This document shows positions 21,581 through 31,638 of a stretch of 64,000 nucleotides of DNA, piece after piece. The notes below the pieces were generated by a model. The model was not told the origin of the DNA. It saw nothing but the letters and a program-made list of their open reading frames with translations, and made no database searches. The position numbers and the translations under genes are program-made. This DNA comes from Flavobacteriales bacterium UBA6772 (GTDB lineage: Bacteria; Bacteroidota; Bacteroidia; Flavobacteriales; UBA7430). Location: the NCBI GenBank assembly GCA_905182215.1, contig CAJJAI010000011.1, positions 1 through 64,000 of the forward strand. Direction: 5' to 3'. Numbering within the stretch: position 1 is the first letter of the stretch; the number at the start of each line of letters is the position of its first letter.

Positions 21581-22339
21581 ATGAAGTACGAAATAATAAA
21601 AGACGGGACCTACGAATACGTAACAATAGGCGAAGGTCCAGTAGTAGTGTTTTTACATGGATTGATGGGAGCTCTAAGTAATTTCGAGAAAACATCGAGA
21701 ATTATTGCTGAAGCAGGTTACCGAGTTGTAATCCCTTCTTTACCTATATATACTCTACCATTACTAAGAACAAGTGCTAAAGGAATCTCTCGATTTTTAG
21801 AGAAATTCATCTCAGATTTAGAACTGAAAGATGTTACTCTTTTGGGAAATTCATTAGGAGGACATGTAGGGTTAATTTACACTAAAAACAATCCTAGCTT
21901 AGTAAAAAACTTGATGCTTACAGGCTCTTCAGGTTTATACGAAAAAGCGATGGGTGATACTTTTCCACGTAGAGAAGACTATAATTACATCAAAGAAAAA
22001 ACTCAAGCTGTATTTTACGATCCAGCTGTTGCGACAAAAGAATTAGTAGACGAAGTTTTTGAATCCGTTAACTCTAGAGAAAAAATCATTCGAATATTAG
22101 CAATTGCAAAGTCTGCAATACGTCATAATATGACGAAGGACGTACCAAACATGACTCTTCCAGTATGTTTACTGTGGGGAAGAAACGATGGAGTAACACC
22201 TCCAGAAGTAGCAGATGAATTTCACAGACTTTTTCCAGACTCAGAACTTTTTTGGTTTGAAAAATGTGGACATGCTCCTATGATGGAACACCCAATAGAC
22301 TTTGCCAATACATGCGTTGAATGGTTGAAGAGACACTAG
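21581..22339 (+). CDS. Alpha/beta hydrolase fold protein
   Basis: It has the nucleophile elbow GNSLGG, an HGLMG oxyanion region and a C-terminal GHAPMMEHP. I placed the start at the ATG 21581 because the TTG at 21560 lies inside the predicted -7 box. Confidence 0.8.
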   Translation: MKYEIIKDGTYEYVTIGEGPVVVFLHGLMGALSNFEKTSRIIAEAGYRVVIPSLPIYTLPLLRTSAKGISRFLEKFISDLELKDVTLLGNSLGGHVGLIYTKNNPSLVKNLMLTGSSGLYEKAMGDTFPRREDYNYIKEKTQAVFYDPAVATKELVDEVFESVNSREKIIRILAIAKSAIRHNMTKDVPNMTLPVCLLWGRNDGVTPPEVADEFHRLFPDSELFWFEKCGHAPMMEHPIDFANTCVEWLKRH

Positions 22340-22340
22340 G

Positions 22341-22949
22341 ATGAAAATTAACAGTGCAGAATTTGTTATCAGTAATACAGACATAGAAAAATGTCCGAAA
22401 GAACGTATTGCTGAATATGCCTTTATAGGACGGTCTAATGTTGGTAAATCTTCATTAATAAATATGCTAACCAATAGGAAGTCGCTTGCTAAGACTTCTG
22501 GTAGACCTGGGAAAACGCAATTAATTAATCATTTTAAGATTAATGACAATTGGTTTTTAGTCGATTTACCTGGCTATGGTTATGCTCGAGTTTCTAAAAA
22601 GGATCGTTCGATTTTTGCTAAGTTCATTTACGATTACTTAGAAAAGCGAGAGAACTTAGTTTGTACTTTCGTGCTGATTGACTCTCGTCATGAACCACAA
22701 AAAATAGATATGATGTTTATGGAGTGGTTGGGTAATAAAGGAATCCCTTTTGTGATTATTTTCACTAAAATGGATAAGCTTTCTAGTTCTCAACTAAACA
22801 AGAACTTGACGAAATACAAAGCAGAGATGCTTAAAACATGGGAAGAAGCTCCTCAATCGTTTATGAGTTCAGCTGAAAGTGGTCTTGGGAAATTAGAAAT
22901 CCTTAATTTTATAGGTAAAACAAACGAAGCGGTAAAAGGTAAACTTTAA
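22341..22949 (+). CDS. engB: Ribosome biogenesis GTPase EngB/YsxC
   Basis: It has the GRSNVGKSSLIN P-loop, DLPGYGY and TKMDK. Confidence 0.93.
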   Translation: MKINSAEFVISNTDIEKCPKERIAEYAFIGRSNVGKSSLINMLTNRKSLAKTSGRPGKTQLINHFKINDNWFLVDLPGYGYARVSKKDRSIFAKFIYDYLEKRENLVCTFVLIDSRHEPQKIDMMFMEWLGNKGIPFVIIFTKMDKLSSSQLNKNLTKYKAEMLKTWEEAPQSFMSSAESGLGKLEILNFIGKTNEAVKGKL

Positions 22950-22971
22950 TAATTTTATACGTTTGTATATA

Positions 22972-23008
22972 CCAAAAACGCCCTCGAAAATTCGAGGGCT
23001 TTTTTGGT
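22972..23008. terminator. Bidirectional terminator between engB and gldC
   Basis: The stem GCCCTCG/CGAGGGC is flanked by A5 and T5. Confidence 0.8.
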
Positions 23009-23021
23009 TCTAAGAAATAAA

Positions 23022-23363
23022 TTACTTCTTCTTAATATCTTTCACTAATTTCAATTCTTCAGCAAAATACTGACAAAATCTACGCATATCTCCAGCCATT
23101 TTTTCATCGCCAGTCGCACGTTCAAAAGTATCGGTCATAGCAGTTAGGGTTTGATGAAAGAAAGTCTTCATTTCATCAACTTTCATGTCTTTGGTCCAAA
23201 GATCAATACGCAAAGAATTTTGTTTTTCGGCATCCCAAAGAGAGATCAAAACAGCTTCCGATTTTTGATTTACTTCACCGGCATCTTCAGCAGTCCAATA
23301 AATTTGTTCGGGAACTTTATTTTCATCTAGAGTTATTTTTATTTTAATTTCTGACTCTTTCAT
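23022..23363 (-). CDS. gldC: Gliding motility protein GldC
   Basis: It is 113 aa, with ...ITLDENKVPEQIYWTAEDAG...LRIDLWTKDM-VDEMK-FFHQTL matching my memory of F. johnsoniae GldC. It is immediately downstream of gldB, as in that organism. Confidence 0.85.
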   Translation of the reverse strand: MKESEIKIKITLDENKVPEQIYWTAEDAGEVNQKSEAVLISLWDAEKQNSLRIDLWTKDMKVDEMKTFFHQTLTAMTDTFERATGDEKMAGDMRRFCQYFAEELKLVKDIKKK

Positions 23364-23365
23364 CT

Positions 23366-24340
23366 TTACTGTTTTGGTTTGTAGTGAGATTTACGCAGTA
23401 TTTTTTGAGCGTTTTGCTCGTTTATTAGTTCGTTTAAACTCAGCTCCGGATGGGCATCCATATAAGAACTTACGAGCTTCCAACCTATCCATTGTGCTAT
23501 TCGTCCAGGGCTCTCTGCATCGAAATTAGTATAAAACTTAGAGAAAGGTGCATTCTCTATAAATCGTTGTTTAATTTGATGCTGGCTAGAAAACAATAAT
23601 TTATTTTCTATAAAATACGCCCATATAGTAGCTTCATTGTCTATACACCAGTCCATTTTTGTTTCTGAATATTTCATAACAATATCCGAACTACTTTGTG
23701 GAATAAGTAAAGAACATAAATAATGAATTTTACCGTAATACACCATTGAAGCGAGTAAAGTATTCTCGCTGGGCATAGGGATGTTAGCTAAGAAATAGGC
23801 ATGTACAAGATCAGAAACTAAATAGCGTTTATCAAACCCCTCTTTTATATATTCGGGAGCAGAGGTGTAAAAATGAGCGTTTTGTCCCAAATAAAGATCG
23901 AGAGCCACCAAAAGTGTATTTCCAGAAACGGTGATAGGTTCTATAGACTCGAAGTTAGAAATCCATGTATAAATATTTAAACTGTCGTGTTGCGGAAAAT
24001 AATAGTGGAAATATTTAAACGCATTTGTAATTTCAATACTTAATACCGAAGGATTAGGAAAAACAGAATCGCTTGCATAAAATAACTCTCGAATTTGAGA
24101 ATCTTTAAAACGACTTACTAAATCGCCTTTATTTTGATCTGATTCAAAAAAATTTGGAAAGTCCTTTTCTAATTCCCCTAAACTTTCGCCTAATTTCGTG
24201 CTATCCATCGCAAAGAACGAATGGTCAAAATGACTAACATTTACCTTCGATTCTAAATGAGAAACCGTTGGTACATCCTTGTTATCACAAGATACTAGGA
24301 ATAAAAAACTCACAAACATTAAAATGCTTAGTCGCATCAT
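23366..24340 (-). CDS. gldB: Gliding motility lipoprotein GldB
   Basis: The lipobox is FLVSC, the length is about 320 aa, and it is paired with gldC and divergent from nadE, as I recall for F. johnsoniae. Confidence 0.8.
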   Translation of the reverse strand: MMRLSILMFVSFLFLVSCDNKDVPTVSHLESKVNVSHFDHSFFAMDSTKLGESLGELEKDFPNFFESDQNKGDLVSRFKDSQIRELFYASDSVFPNPSVLSIEITNAFKYFHYYFPQHDSLNIYTWISNFESIEPITVSGNTLLVALDLYLGQNAHFYTSAPEYIKEGFDKRYLVSDLVHAYFLANIPMPSENTLLASMVYYGKIHYLCSLLIPQSSSDIVMKYSETKMDWCIDNEATIWAYFIENKLLFSSQHQIKQRFIENAPFSKFYTNFDAESPGRIAQWIGWKLVSSYMDAHPELSLNELINEQNAQKILRKSHYKPKQ

Positions 24341-24359
24341 AGAAGTAAAATTTACACTG

Positions 24360-24367
24360 CAAAAATA
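24360..24367 (-). promoter_or_regulatory. Candidate -7 box (TATTTTTG) for gldBC
   Basis: It is a perfect TAnnTTTG on the minus strand, with 19 nt to the gldB ATG. Confidence 0.5.
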
Positions 24368-24426
24368 AGAAATGCATGAATATAGTATTAAGTAAAAGTA
24401 ACTAATCGTAGAAAAAGCTTTTTTAG

Positions 24427-24434
24427 TAAATTTG
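24427..24434 (+). promoter_or_regulatory. Candidate -7 box (TAAATTTG) for nadE
   Basis: It is a perfect TAnnTTTG, with 19 nt to the nadE ATG. Confidence 0.5.
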
Positions 24435-24453
24435 CGACTCTATTTATTAAGAT

Positions 24454-25224
24454 ATGAAGACAGCAGAAAGTATTGCTTACATAACAAATTGGTTGAAAAG
24501 TTATAGTGAAAACTCAAAAACAAAAGGCTTTGTTATTGGGATTTCTGGCGGCATCGACTCGGCGGTTACCTCTACCTTATGTGCCCTTACAGGGAAAGAT
24601 GTTTTATGCTTATTAATGCCTATTCATCAGCACAAATTAGAGTTTGATCGTTCTAAAGAACATGCAGACTGGCTTACAAATACATTCGCTAATGTAGAAA
24701 TACGTACGGCAAGCCTTAGTAACACTTTCGATAGCCTTTCTGAGCAAATCCCTATTGAACTACAAAGCGACCTAACAATGGCTAATACACGTGCTAGATT
24801 GCGAATGACAACTCTTTACACCTACGCAGGAGCTAAGTCTTTATTAGTAGCGGGTACCGGAAATAAAATAGAAGATTTTGGTGTTGGATTTTTCACAAAA
24901 TATGGAGATGGTGGTGTAGATTTGAGTCCTATTGCAGACTTAATGAAATCGGAAGTTTTTGAAATTTCCAAAGAATTAGGAATTGTAAGTTCAATTCAAA
25001 AAGCAGCTCCTACCGATGGACTTTGGGAAGATGGGCGAAGTGATGAGGATCAGTTAGGTGCCAGTTACAACGAATTGGAATGGGCGATGCTAGCCTATGA
25101 AAATGCAATTGAAAACACGTATACCGGAAGAGAAAAAGAAGTATTTGATATTTTTACTCGACTTCATAGAGCTAATAGGCATAAGATGAACCCAATTCCA
25201 GTTTGTGTACTTCCAAAAAACTAA
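24454..25224 (+). CDS. nadE: NH3-dependent NAD+ synthetase
   Basis: It has the PP-loop GISGGIDSAV, is about 256 aa, and has a KYGDGG motif. Confidence 0.93.
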   Translation: MKTAESIAYITNWLKSYSENSKTKGFVIGISGGIDSAVTSTLCALTGKDVLCLLMPIHQHKLEFDRSKEHADWLTNTFANVEIRTASLSNTFDSLSEQIPIELQSDLTMANTRARLRMTTLYTYAGAKSLLVAGTGNKIEDFGVGFFTKYGDGGVDLSPIADLMKSEVFEISKELGIVSSIQKAAPTDGLWEDGRSDEDQLGASYNELEWAMLAYENAIENTYTGREKEVFDIFTRLHRANRHKMNPIPVCVLPKN

Positions 25225-25229
25225 CCTGA

Positions 25230-26438
25230 TTATACAAATTTAATTTTCAGCTTTAAAGACCCTTTTTGTCTTAGCAATCTAAAATGGCCACCTAAACTTT
25301 CAATTCGTTTTCTGTTATCCTCAAAATCAATAGTTTCTAGGGTGCAAGCATTAATATTTTCTGAGCAACATTTTACATTAACTGCTAGGATTAAACCTTG
25401 GCTATCGCAACTAGAAATTGAAATAAAAATACTGTTTACTATATTTACACTTACTTTATCTATAAGCGAAACAATTACTCTATATAGTGTGATTTCTATA
25501 TCTTTTTCGATCTTAGAACTAATAGTACAGCTAAATTGAATAAACCTAATTCCGTCTTTTTGGATGTTTGAAATATACGAACGCAGAGAAGGTTCAATAC
25601 CATATTGCATCATCATACGCGGCATTAAGCCCGTAGCCATCACCCGTGTATTCTCAATACTCTCCAGAATGTACGTTTTAATAAAATCTATTGACTCTTG
25701 TAATTGCGGATCTTTATTGTCTCGCACCTTTAACTCTATAACACCAATTTGGAGCATAAGCGCTGCTAAAGACTGAGCGATTCCTTCATGTAAATCTTCC
25801 GCGAAAACCTCTCTATCATTTTCTTGATTTGAGATTATAGAGTTAAGTAGTTGCTGATCAAGTAGTTTTTGTTCTGTAATATCCGAACCAATTGCCATAA
25901 ACTTATAGGGCTTACCGTGCGCTTCTATAAATGGAACGATGGTAATATTCATCCAATAAATAGAACCATCCTTCGCTCTGTTTTTAAATTCGTCTTTAAA
26001 AACTTTTCCTTTTAGTATTGTACGCCAAAATTTAAACCTAAACTCTTTAGGGTAGTATCCGGAATTTACTATTCGTTGATTTTGCCCTAAAACCTCCTCT
26101 TCGGTGAATTTAGAAATTTCACAAAACTTATCGTTTACATGTATAATATCTCCTTTAAAATCTGTAACTACTACAATAGACGAAGAATTTAATGCATGAT
26201 TAAATTCATTCATCTTTAGGATAGCATCTTGTAACTCAATATTCTTATCCTGTAATACTTCGATACTTACAACACTACCCTCCAACTCCTCACTAAGCAT
26301 ATTTAAACCAATGGCTATGGTATCTAAAGCAGTACCATCACCTTTAGTTCCTTCAATTTTTTTCGTAAAATCGAGGGCAGCTACAGAAGAAATTACTTCT
26401 GCTAATTGATTCAATATTTTCTCGTCAACTTTAGCCAT
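25230..26438 (-). CDS. Cytoplasmic PAS / HisKA_3 sensor kinase-like protein with a degenerate ATPase domain
   Basis: The PAS domain spans residues about 85-190. The HisKA_3 H-box is FAEDLHEGIAQSL (His217). The C-terminal region keeps the LYRV...LGG framework, but I cannot find the N-box Asn, the DxGxG (G1) box or the GxGL (G2) box. Confidence 0.7.
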   Translation of the reverse strand: MAKVDEKILNQLAEVISSVAALDFTKKIEGTKGDGTALDTIAIGLNMLSEELEGSVVSIEVLQDKNIELQDAILKMNEFNHALNSSSIVVVTDFKGDIIHVNDKFCEISKFTEEEVLGQNQRIVNSGYYPKEFRFKFWRTILKGKVFKDEFKNRAKDGSIYWMNITIVPFIEAHGKPYKFMAIGSDITEQKLLDQQLLNSIISNQENDREVFAEDLHEGIAQSLAALMLQIGVIELKVRDNKDPQLQESIDFIKTYILESIENTRVMATGLMPRMMMQYGIEPSLRSYISNIQKDGIRFIQFSCTISSKIEKDIEITLYRVIVSLIDKVSVNIVNSIFISISSCDSQGLILAVNVKCCSENINACTLETIDFEDNRKRIESLGGHFRLLRQKGSLKLKIKFV

Positions 26439-26864
26439 TTATGAATCTAATTTAGGTGAATTCGATTGTTTTAATTCAGAATTAATTTTCAACAACCATA
26501 CATGTGCATCTTTTTTACAATTAAATATTTTAATTGGGAAACCCGGTCTACTTATCCCAACAAAAAAACTGGCAAACATTCTAGTCAGTAGATTCCCAAC
26601 AACTATACCTACCGCCTTGTAAACAAAATTATATCTCATTGATTTAGCTAAGCTTCTTGCCTCTTTTGAGACTCCTTTCAAATTTTGAATGTCAAAAATC
26701 ACTAAGTCTCCTCCTTGCTTACCACTTAATTTATTTATAGCTAAAGAATTCTCTTCAAGTGTTTCGTATGTTGAGTAGGTATTTTCGATTAGCTCTACTA
26801 AAACTATTGAGTCCCTTTCTATACTTATCTTAGCAATACTTGTTTGAACTTGTTTAATTGACAT
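26439..26864 (-). CDS. Small STAS/SpoIIAA-like protein (function uncertain)
   Basis: It is 141 aa. The pattern IVLVEL...LVIFDIQNLKGVSKEAR...IVVGNLLTRMFASFF resembles STAS-like domains often encoded beside sensors. Its stop directly abuts the kinase ATG. Confidence 0.4.
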   Translation of the reverse strand: MSIKQVQTSIAKISIERDSIVLVELIENTYSTYETLEENSLAINKLSGKQGGDLVIFDIQNLKGVSKEARSLAKSMRYNFVYKAVGIVVGNLLTRMFASFFVGISRPGFPIKIFNCKKDAHVWLLKINSELKQSNSPKLDS

Positions 26865-26932
26865 AATTTAATTTTGCTGTATTCAACTGATAATCTAAGT
26901 TAAAAAAATCAACTTAAAACACTCTTTCAAAG

Positions 26933-26967
26933 CAAAAAAGCCATTTCAATTGAAATGGCTTTTTTTA
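26933..26967 (-). terminator. Terminator after korB
   Basis: A 22-nt perfect palindrome, AGCCATTTCAATTGAAATGGCT, is flanked by A and T runs. Confidence 0.8.
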
Positions 26968-28014
26968 TTACTCTACTTCCCAAGAATTCGTTCCAGCTAA
27001 AAGCTTGTTTAAATCCGGAATTCCTTTTTGTTGTTTATGAGTCTCTAACTGCTCATAAAGAGCCTCTTCGTACCTAAACCTATCTTCTTGATAAAAGATA
27101 CCAAAGGGTCTAGGTAGCGCATTTTCTTTAGAAGGATCGTCGAAGAAACGAGTAAGTATGTTGGCTTTATTTCTACATTTCTCATCGTGTATCCATAAGT
27201 CCGAAACGGTATATTCTCCAGTAGTTAAATCTACAATCTTAGGTTCAAAGCCGTCTAAAATAAGGCCTTTATCTTCTTTAGCGCCAAAAACCAAAGGCTC
27301 TCCATGTTTCAGATAAAGACTATTGTCTTTTTTTAACTGCTTATCGGTAAAACCACCAAAAGCACCATCGTTAAAAATATTACAGTTTTGATAAATCTCT
27401 ACCAGCGAAGTTCCTTTATGCTGTTCAGCTCTAAGGAGAATTTCACGCATATGTTTAGGCTCTCTATCTAAAGCTCTAGCAACAAATGTCGACTCAGCTC
27501 CCATGCATAAAGCCAAAGGGTTAAAAGGATGATCTATAGAACCTAGGGGAGTAGACTTTGTTTTCTTTCCTACTTCTGATGTAGGAGAATACTGCCCCTT
27601 GGTAAGACCGTAAATTTGGTTATTAAATAGTAAAATGTTTAAGTCAAAATTCCTTCTTAGTAGATGAATCAAATGATTACCACCAATAGATAGAGAATCC
27701 CCATCGCCAGTTACCAGCCAAACACTAAGTTCAGGACGCGCAGCTTTTAATCCACTTGCAATGGCAGTAGCTCTACCGTGAATGGAATGCATACCATAGG
27801 TATTCATATAGTATGGAAAACGAGATGAACATCCTATTCCAGAAATAAAAACAATGTCTTCTTTTGCAATACCCAATTCCGGCATCACACTTTGAACTTG
27901 TTTCAAAATTGAATAATCACCACAACCTGGGCACCAGCGTATATCCTGATCGCTCACAAAGTCTTTGGCTGTTAGCTTCTGTACTTCTTCTTTTATATCT
28001 TTCTCTAGAGCCAT
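26968..28014 (-). CDS. korB: 2-oxoglutarate:ferredoxin oxidoreductase beta subunit
   Basis: It has the [12 protein letters not shown]-terminus and the TPP-binding [12 protein letters not shown]. Confidence 0.9.
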   Translation of the reverse strand: MALEKDIKEEVQKLTAKDFVSDQDIRWCPGCGDYSILKQVQSVMPELGIAKEDIVFISGIGCSSRFPYYMNTYGMHSIHGRATAIASGLKAARPELSVWLVTGDGDSLSIGGNHLIHLLRRNFDLNILLFNNQIYGLTKGQYSPTSEVGKKTKSTPLGSIDHPFNPLALCMGAESTFVARALDREPKHMREILLRAEQHKGTSLVEIYQNCNIFNDGAFGGFTDKQLKKDNSLYLKHGEPLVFGAKEDKGLILDGFEPKIVDLTTGEYTVSDLWIHDEKCRNKANILTRFFDDPSKENALPRPFGIFYQEDRFRYEEALYEQLETHKQQKGIPDLNKLLAGTNSWEVE

Positions 28015-28016
28015 AA

Positions 28017-29867
28017 CTAGTTTTTCAACATATTTAGAATTGCCTCTTTAATTTCTCTAGCCTCAAATGGCACGCCTTTAATTTTATTTAAAGGTTTTGC
28101 ATCTACCAAATATTGATCTCTAATGAGTGTAATTAGTTGACCATTATTCATTTCAGGAATCAATATTTTATCAAATTTAGATAGTAAATCACCCAAATTC
28201 CTTGGCATTGGCTGAATATATTTAATCTGAGCATGCGCAATATCGATACCTTCGGTAGCTAATTCTTTAACCACAGTTTTTATAGAACCGTAAGTAGAAC
28301 CCCAACCCAGAACTAAAAGCTTAGACTTTTCTGTACCATTATCTAAGTCTTGTTCAGGAATATGATTGGCAATTTCGGCTATTTTTTGAGCACGAACTTT
28401 AACCATGTACTCATGATTTTCTGGTTCGTAAGAAACATTACCAGTTTCTTTATCTTTTTCTAATCCCCCCAAACGATGTTCTACTCCCTTAGTTCCAGGA
28501 ATAGCCCATTCTCTAACGAACTTTTCATTCCTTTTATAAGGTAAATAGGCAGGGTCGTCTTGAGAACGTTCTTTAGCGAACTGTACATTAATTTCTTTTA
28601 AATCTGATGCCTTTGGATATCTCCATGGTTCAGCACCATTCGCAATATAACCATCAGATAGAAAAAAGACTGGAGTCATAAATTCAATCGCTATCCTACA
28701 TGCTTCGTAAGCCATAGTAAAACAATCGGAAGGAGAGGTAGCTGCTATTACCGGAATTGGAGCTTCCCCATTTCTTCCGTAAACGGCTTGCATTAAATCG
28801 GCTTGTTCTGTTTTGGTAGGTAAACCTGTAGAAGGCCCTCCACGTTGTACGTTTACAACAACCAATGGAATCTCTAACATCATTGCCAAACCGAGAGCCT
28901 CGCCTTTTAAAGCAATTCCAGGACCCGAAGAAGCTGTAACCGCTAAGTCGCCACCAAAAGAAGCACCGATAGCAGCACAAATTCCTGCTATTTCATCTTC
29001 AGCTTGGAACGTTTTTATACCAAAGTTTTTATGCTTTGCAAGCTCATGTAATATGTCGGATGCAGGTGTAATAGGATAGCCACCGTAGAATAAATCTAAT
29101 TTAGATTTATGTGCTGCAGCAATCAAACCTAATGCAGTTGCTTGGTTACCGATGATATTCCTGTAGGAACCTGTAGCCATTTTGGTAGGCTTAACCTCAA
29201 ACCTATTAGAAAATGTTTCGCAAGTGTCAGCAAAATGATATCCAGCTTTTAACACCGTAATATTGGCATCTAAGATCTCTGGTTTTGCAGCAAACTTAGC
29301 TTTTAAGAAATCTATAGAGGAGTCAATTTTCCGGTTGTACATCCAATACACAAAACCTAAAACAAACATATTTTTAGATCGATCTCGGTCTTTTGTACCT
29401 AGTTTCGAATCTTTTAAACTTTCTCTTGTAAGCTTAGTAATATCGAACTCGTGAACCTTAAACCCTTCTAAACTGTGATTATTTAGTGGGTTTTCTACCT
29501 CTTTAATTCCAGCTAAACGCAGATTTCTTTTATCGAAACCAGAAGTGTTTACGATAATCGTTCCTCGTTCTTTTAACCGAGAAATATTTTTCTTTAAAGC
29601 AGCAGCATTCATAACGACCAATACATCACATCTATCGCCAGGCGAATAAATATCTACCGATCCAAAATGGATTTGAAATCCAGAAACTCCAGCTATAGTA
29701 CCCAAAGGGGCGCGAATTTCTGCAGGAAAATCAGGAAACGTACTCAAATCGTTTCCGAAAAGCGCCGTATTTGTTGTGAATTGAGTCCCCGTTAATTGTA
29801 TTCCATCGCCAGAATCACCAGCAAACAGTACGGTTACCTGTTCAAGTTTTTGCTGAACTTGAGTCAT
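28017..29867 (-). CDS. korA: 2-oxoglutarate:ferredoxin oxidoreductase alpha subunit
   Basis: It is 616 aa with fused gamma-like and alpha domains ([11 protein letters not shown]..., [10 protein letters not shown]). It is paired with korB. Confidence 0.9.
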   Translation of the reverse strand: MTQVQQKLEQVTVLFAGDSGDGIQLTGTQFTTNTALFGNDLSTFPDFPAEIRAPLGTIAGVSGFQIHFGSVDIYSPGDRCDVLVVMNAAALKKNISRLKERGTIIVNTSGFDKRNLRLAGIKEVENPLNNHSLEGFKVHEFDITKLTRESLKDSKLGTKDRDRSKNMFVLGFVYWMYNRKIDSSIDFLKAKFAAKPEILDANITVLKAGYHFADTCETFSNRFEVKPTKMATGSYRNIIGNQATALGLIAAAHKSKLDLFYGGYPITPASDILHELAKHKNFGIKTFQAEDEIAGICAAIGASFGGDLAVTASSGPGIALKGEALGLAMMLEIPLVVVNVQRGGPSTGLPTKTEQADLMQAVYGRNGEAPIPVIAATSPSDCFTMAYEACRIAIEFMTPVFFLSDGYIANGAEPWRYPKASDLKEINVQFAKERSQDDPAYLPYKRNEKFVREWAIPGTKGVEHRLGGLEKDKETGNVSYEPENHEYMVKVRAQKIAEIANHIPEQDLDNGTEKSKLLVLGWGSTYGSIKTVVKELATEGIDIAHAQIKYIQPMPRNLGDLLSKFDKILIPEMNNGQLITLIRDQYLVDAKPLNKIKGVPFEAREIKEAILNMLKN

Positions 29868-29880
29868 AATATTCCTTTTA

Positions 29881-30129
29881 TTAGTCTATATTGACTACTC
29901 CCTTAATCTCAGGAGCGTATTTTTTTATCGATTGCTCTACTCCTGCTTTCAAAGTCATTTGGTTTACGCTACAACTCTGACAAGACCCGTGTAATTGGAC
30001 CTTAACAACCATGTCTGGTGTTACCTCTACTAGAGAGATATCTCCACCATCAGACTCTAAATAAGGTCTGATTTCGGCAAGTGCTTTTTCAATTTTCTGA
30101 ACTAAACTTGTGTCTGTTTCTAAAGCCAT
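29881..30129 (-). CDS. NifU-like (Nfu-type) Fe-S cluster scaffold domain protein
   Basis: It is 82 aa, with IRPYLESDGGDISLVEV and a CQSC motif. Confidence 0.85.
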   Translation of the reverse strand: MALETDTSLVQKIEKALAEIRPYLESDGGDISLVEVTPDMVVKVQLHGSCQSCSVNQMTLKAGVEQSIKKYAPEIKGVVNID

Positions 30130-30135
30130 GCTAAA

Positions 30136-31266
30136 TTATTTACTTGAACAACCGTCCATATTTGTAATTTCTACTACTGCGGTAGCTTCTAGGTTTTTAT
30201 TTCTTAGCTCAACCTGTTCTACCACATTACAAGCTAAACTCATAAACGCCTTTGCCGAAGGAGTATCTTCTTGCAATACAACCGGACGACCAATATCTGA
30301 TGCTTCTCGAATTGCTTGTACTAAAGGTATTTCAGCTAATAATGGAAGGTTTAAATCGTCTGCTAAATTCTTAGTTCCATCTTTCCCAAATATATAATAT
30401 TTGTTGTCAGGAAGCTCATCAGGCGTAAAGTAAGACATGTTCTCTACCAATCCTATAACGGGAACCTGAATGGTGTCTAACTGGAACATACCTACCCCTT
30501 TTTTAGCATCTGCTATCGCAATTATTTGTGGAGTACTTACAATTACTGCTCCTGTAACTGGCACAGCCTGAACCAAAGAAAGGTGAACATCGCCCGTTCC
30601 TGGAGGCAAGTCGATTAATAAATAATCTAACTCGCCCCAATAAGAATCTTTAATTAACTGATTTAATGCTTTAGTAGCCATAGGACCTCTCCAAACAACA
30701 GCCTGCGAACCTGGCGCAAAGAATCCAATAGATACTAGCTTTACGCCGCAACTCTCCACAGGAATCATTACTGGTTTTCCATTCACATTACGGGCTTCAG
30801 GTCTAGATTTCTCTACATCGAACATAATATGCTGCGAAGGCCCATAAATATCGGCATCTACAATCCCAACTTTAAATCCTTGTTTTTGTAAAGCAACAGC
30901 TAAATTTGCAGTTACCGTAGATTTACCTACACCACCTTTACCAGAAGCTACGGCAATAATATTTTTTACGCCTTTTATTTTCTCTCCCTTAATTACAGTA
31001 GGCTTATCAATTTGCTTAACCTCAACCGTAACTTTAACTGTAATTTTAGCTTTAGCATATACCTTAGCGTGTATTGCTTTTAATATATCTACCTCTACTT
31101 GTTTTTTAGCATGCAGTGTAGGGTTGTTAATAGTTATATCCACATTAACCTCGTCGCCAAAAACAACAATATTTGTCACTAAGCCATTCTCTATCAACGA
31201 TTTTTCTTCGCCTTTCACCATCACACTTTTCAGTGCTTCTTCAATTTGACTTTTCTGTATATTCAT
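30136..31266 (-). CDS. apbC: Mrp/ApbC-family Fe-S cluster carrier ATPase
   Basis: It has an N-terminal DUF59-like region, the deviant Walker A SGKGGVGKST, and a CxxC-less Mrp core with PVIGLVENMS. Confidence 0.9.
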   Translation of the reverse strand: MNIQKSQIEEALKSVMVKGEEKSLIENGLVTNIVVFGDEVNVDITINNPTLHAKKQVEVDILKAIHAKVYAKAKITVKVTVEVKQIDKPTVIKGEKIKGVKNIIAVASGKGGVGKSTVTANLAVALQKQGFKVGIVDADIYGPSQHIMFDVEKSRPEARNVNGKPVMIPVESCGVKLVSIGFFAPGSQAVVWRGPMATKALNQLIKDSYWGELDYLLIDLPPGTGDVHLSLVQAVPVTGAVIVSTPQIIAIADAKKGVGMFQLDTIQVPVIGLVENMSYFTPDELPDNKYYIFGKDGTKNLADDLNLPLLAEIPLVQAIREASDIGRPVVLQEDTPSAKAFMSLACNVVEQVELRNKNLEATAVVEITNMDGCSSK

Positions 31267-31305
31267 TCTATAAATTTAAAGTTCAAAGGTACAAAATTCA
31301 TGGGT

Positions 31306-31638
31306 TTAAGCATCTGTAGGAATCCAAAATACCTCATTAAAATTTAAGAGAAGATCGCCTTCAAATTCATGCCCTTCATTTTCTAATAATTGCTTCATTA
31401 AGTTACTCCCGTCAAAGTGGTGTTTAACGCTTAAAAGCCGAATTCTATTGACAACTCTATGTGCCGGAATGTCTTTAGCTAAGGACTTATTCATTGCCCA
31501 ACCAACCATTCTTGCAGAACGCGCTGTACCTAAATATTTAGCAATCGCACCATAGCTAGTCACTTTCCTATTGGGAATTCTTTGTGCTACTGCTCAGTAA
31601 CGATCGAAGAAAGAGTCTGATGGATCGGTCTTAGTCAA
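31306..31638 (-). pseudogene. MGMT-family / Atl-like (alkyltransferase-like DNA-binding) gene interrupted by an in-frame TGA
   Basis: Downstream of the stop the sequence reads AVAQRIPNRKVTSYGAIAKYLG...AHRVVN. Upstream in the same frame it reads (TTG)TKTDPSDSFFDRY then TGA (31594-31596). The TGA sits where homologues (E. coli Atl: RVWQIV) carry Trp. The residual ORF from the GTG at 31563 encodes 85 aa. Confidence 0.5.

Noticed and set aside
26968-31266. The korAB ferredoxin oxidoreductase together with NifU-like and ApbC genes, considered as a possible anaerobic or horizontally acquired island in an aerobic respirer.
   Set aside because: To my knowledge KorAB is widespread in aerobic Flavobacteriia. 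The composition and gene spacing look native, and no mobility genes flank the region.
31594-31596. The idea that the in-frame TGA in the MGMT-like gene reflects TGA-as-Trp (genetic code 4-like) decoding.
   Set aside because: TGA is used as a genuine stop elsewhere in the window. murC ends ...KKYLQK-TGA at 10009-10011, overlapping the ftsQ GTG start, and no other conserved gene here needs TGA read as a sense codon.
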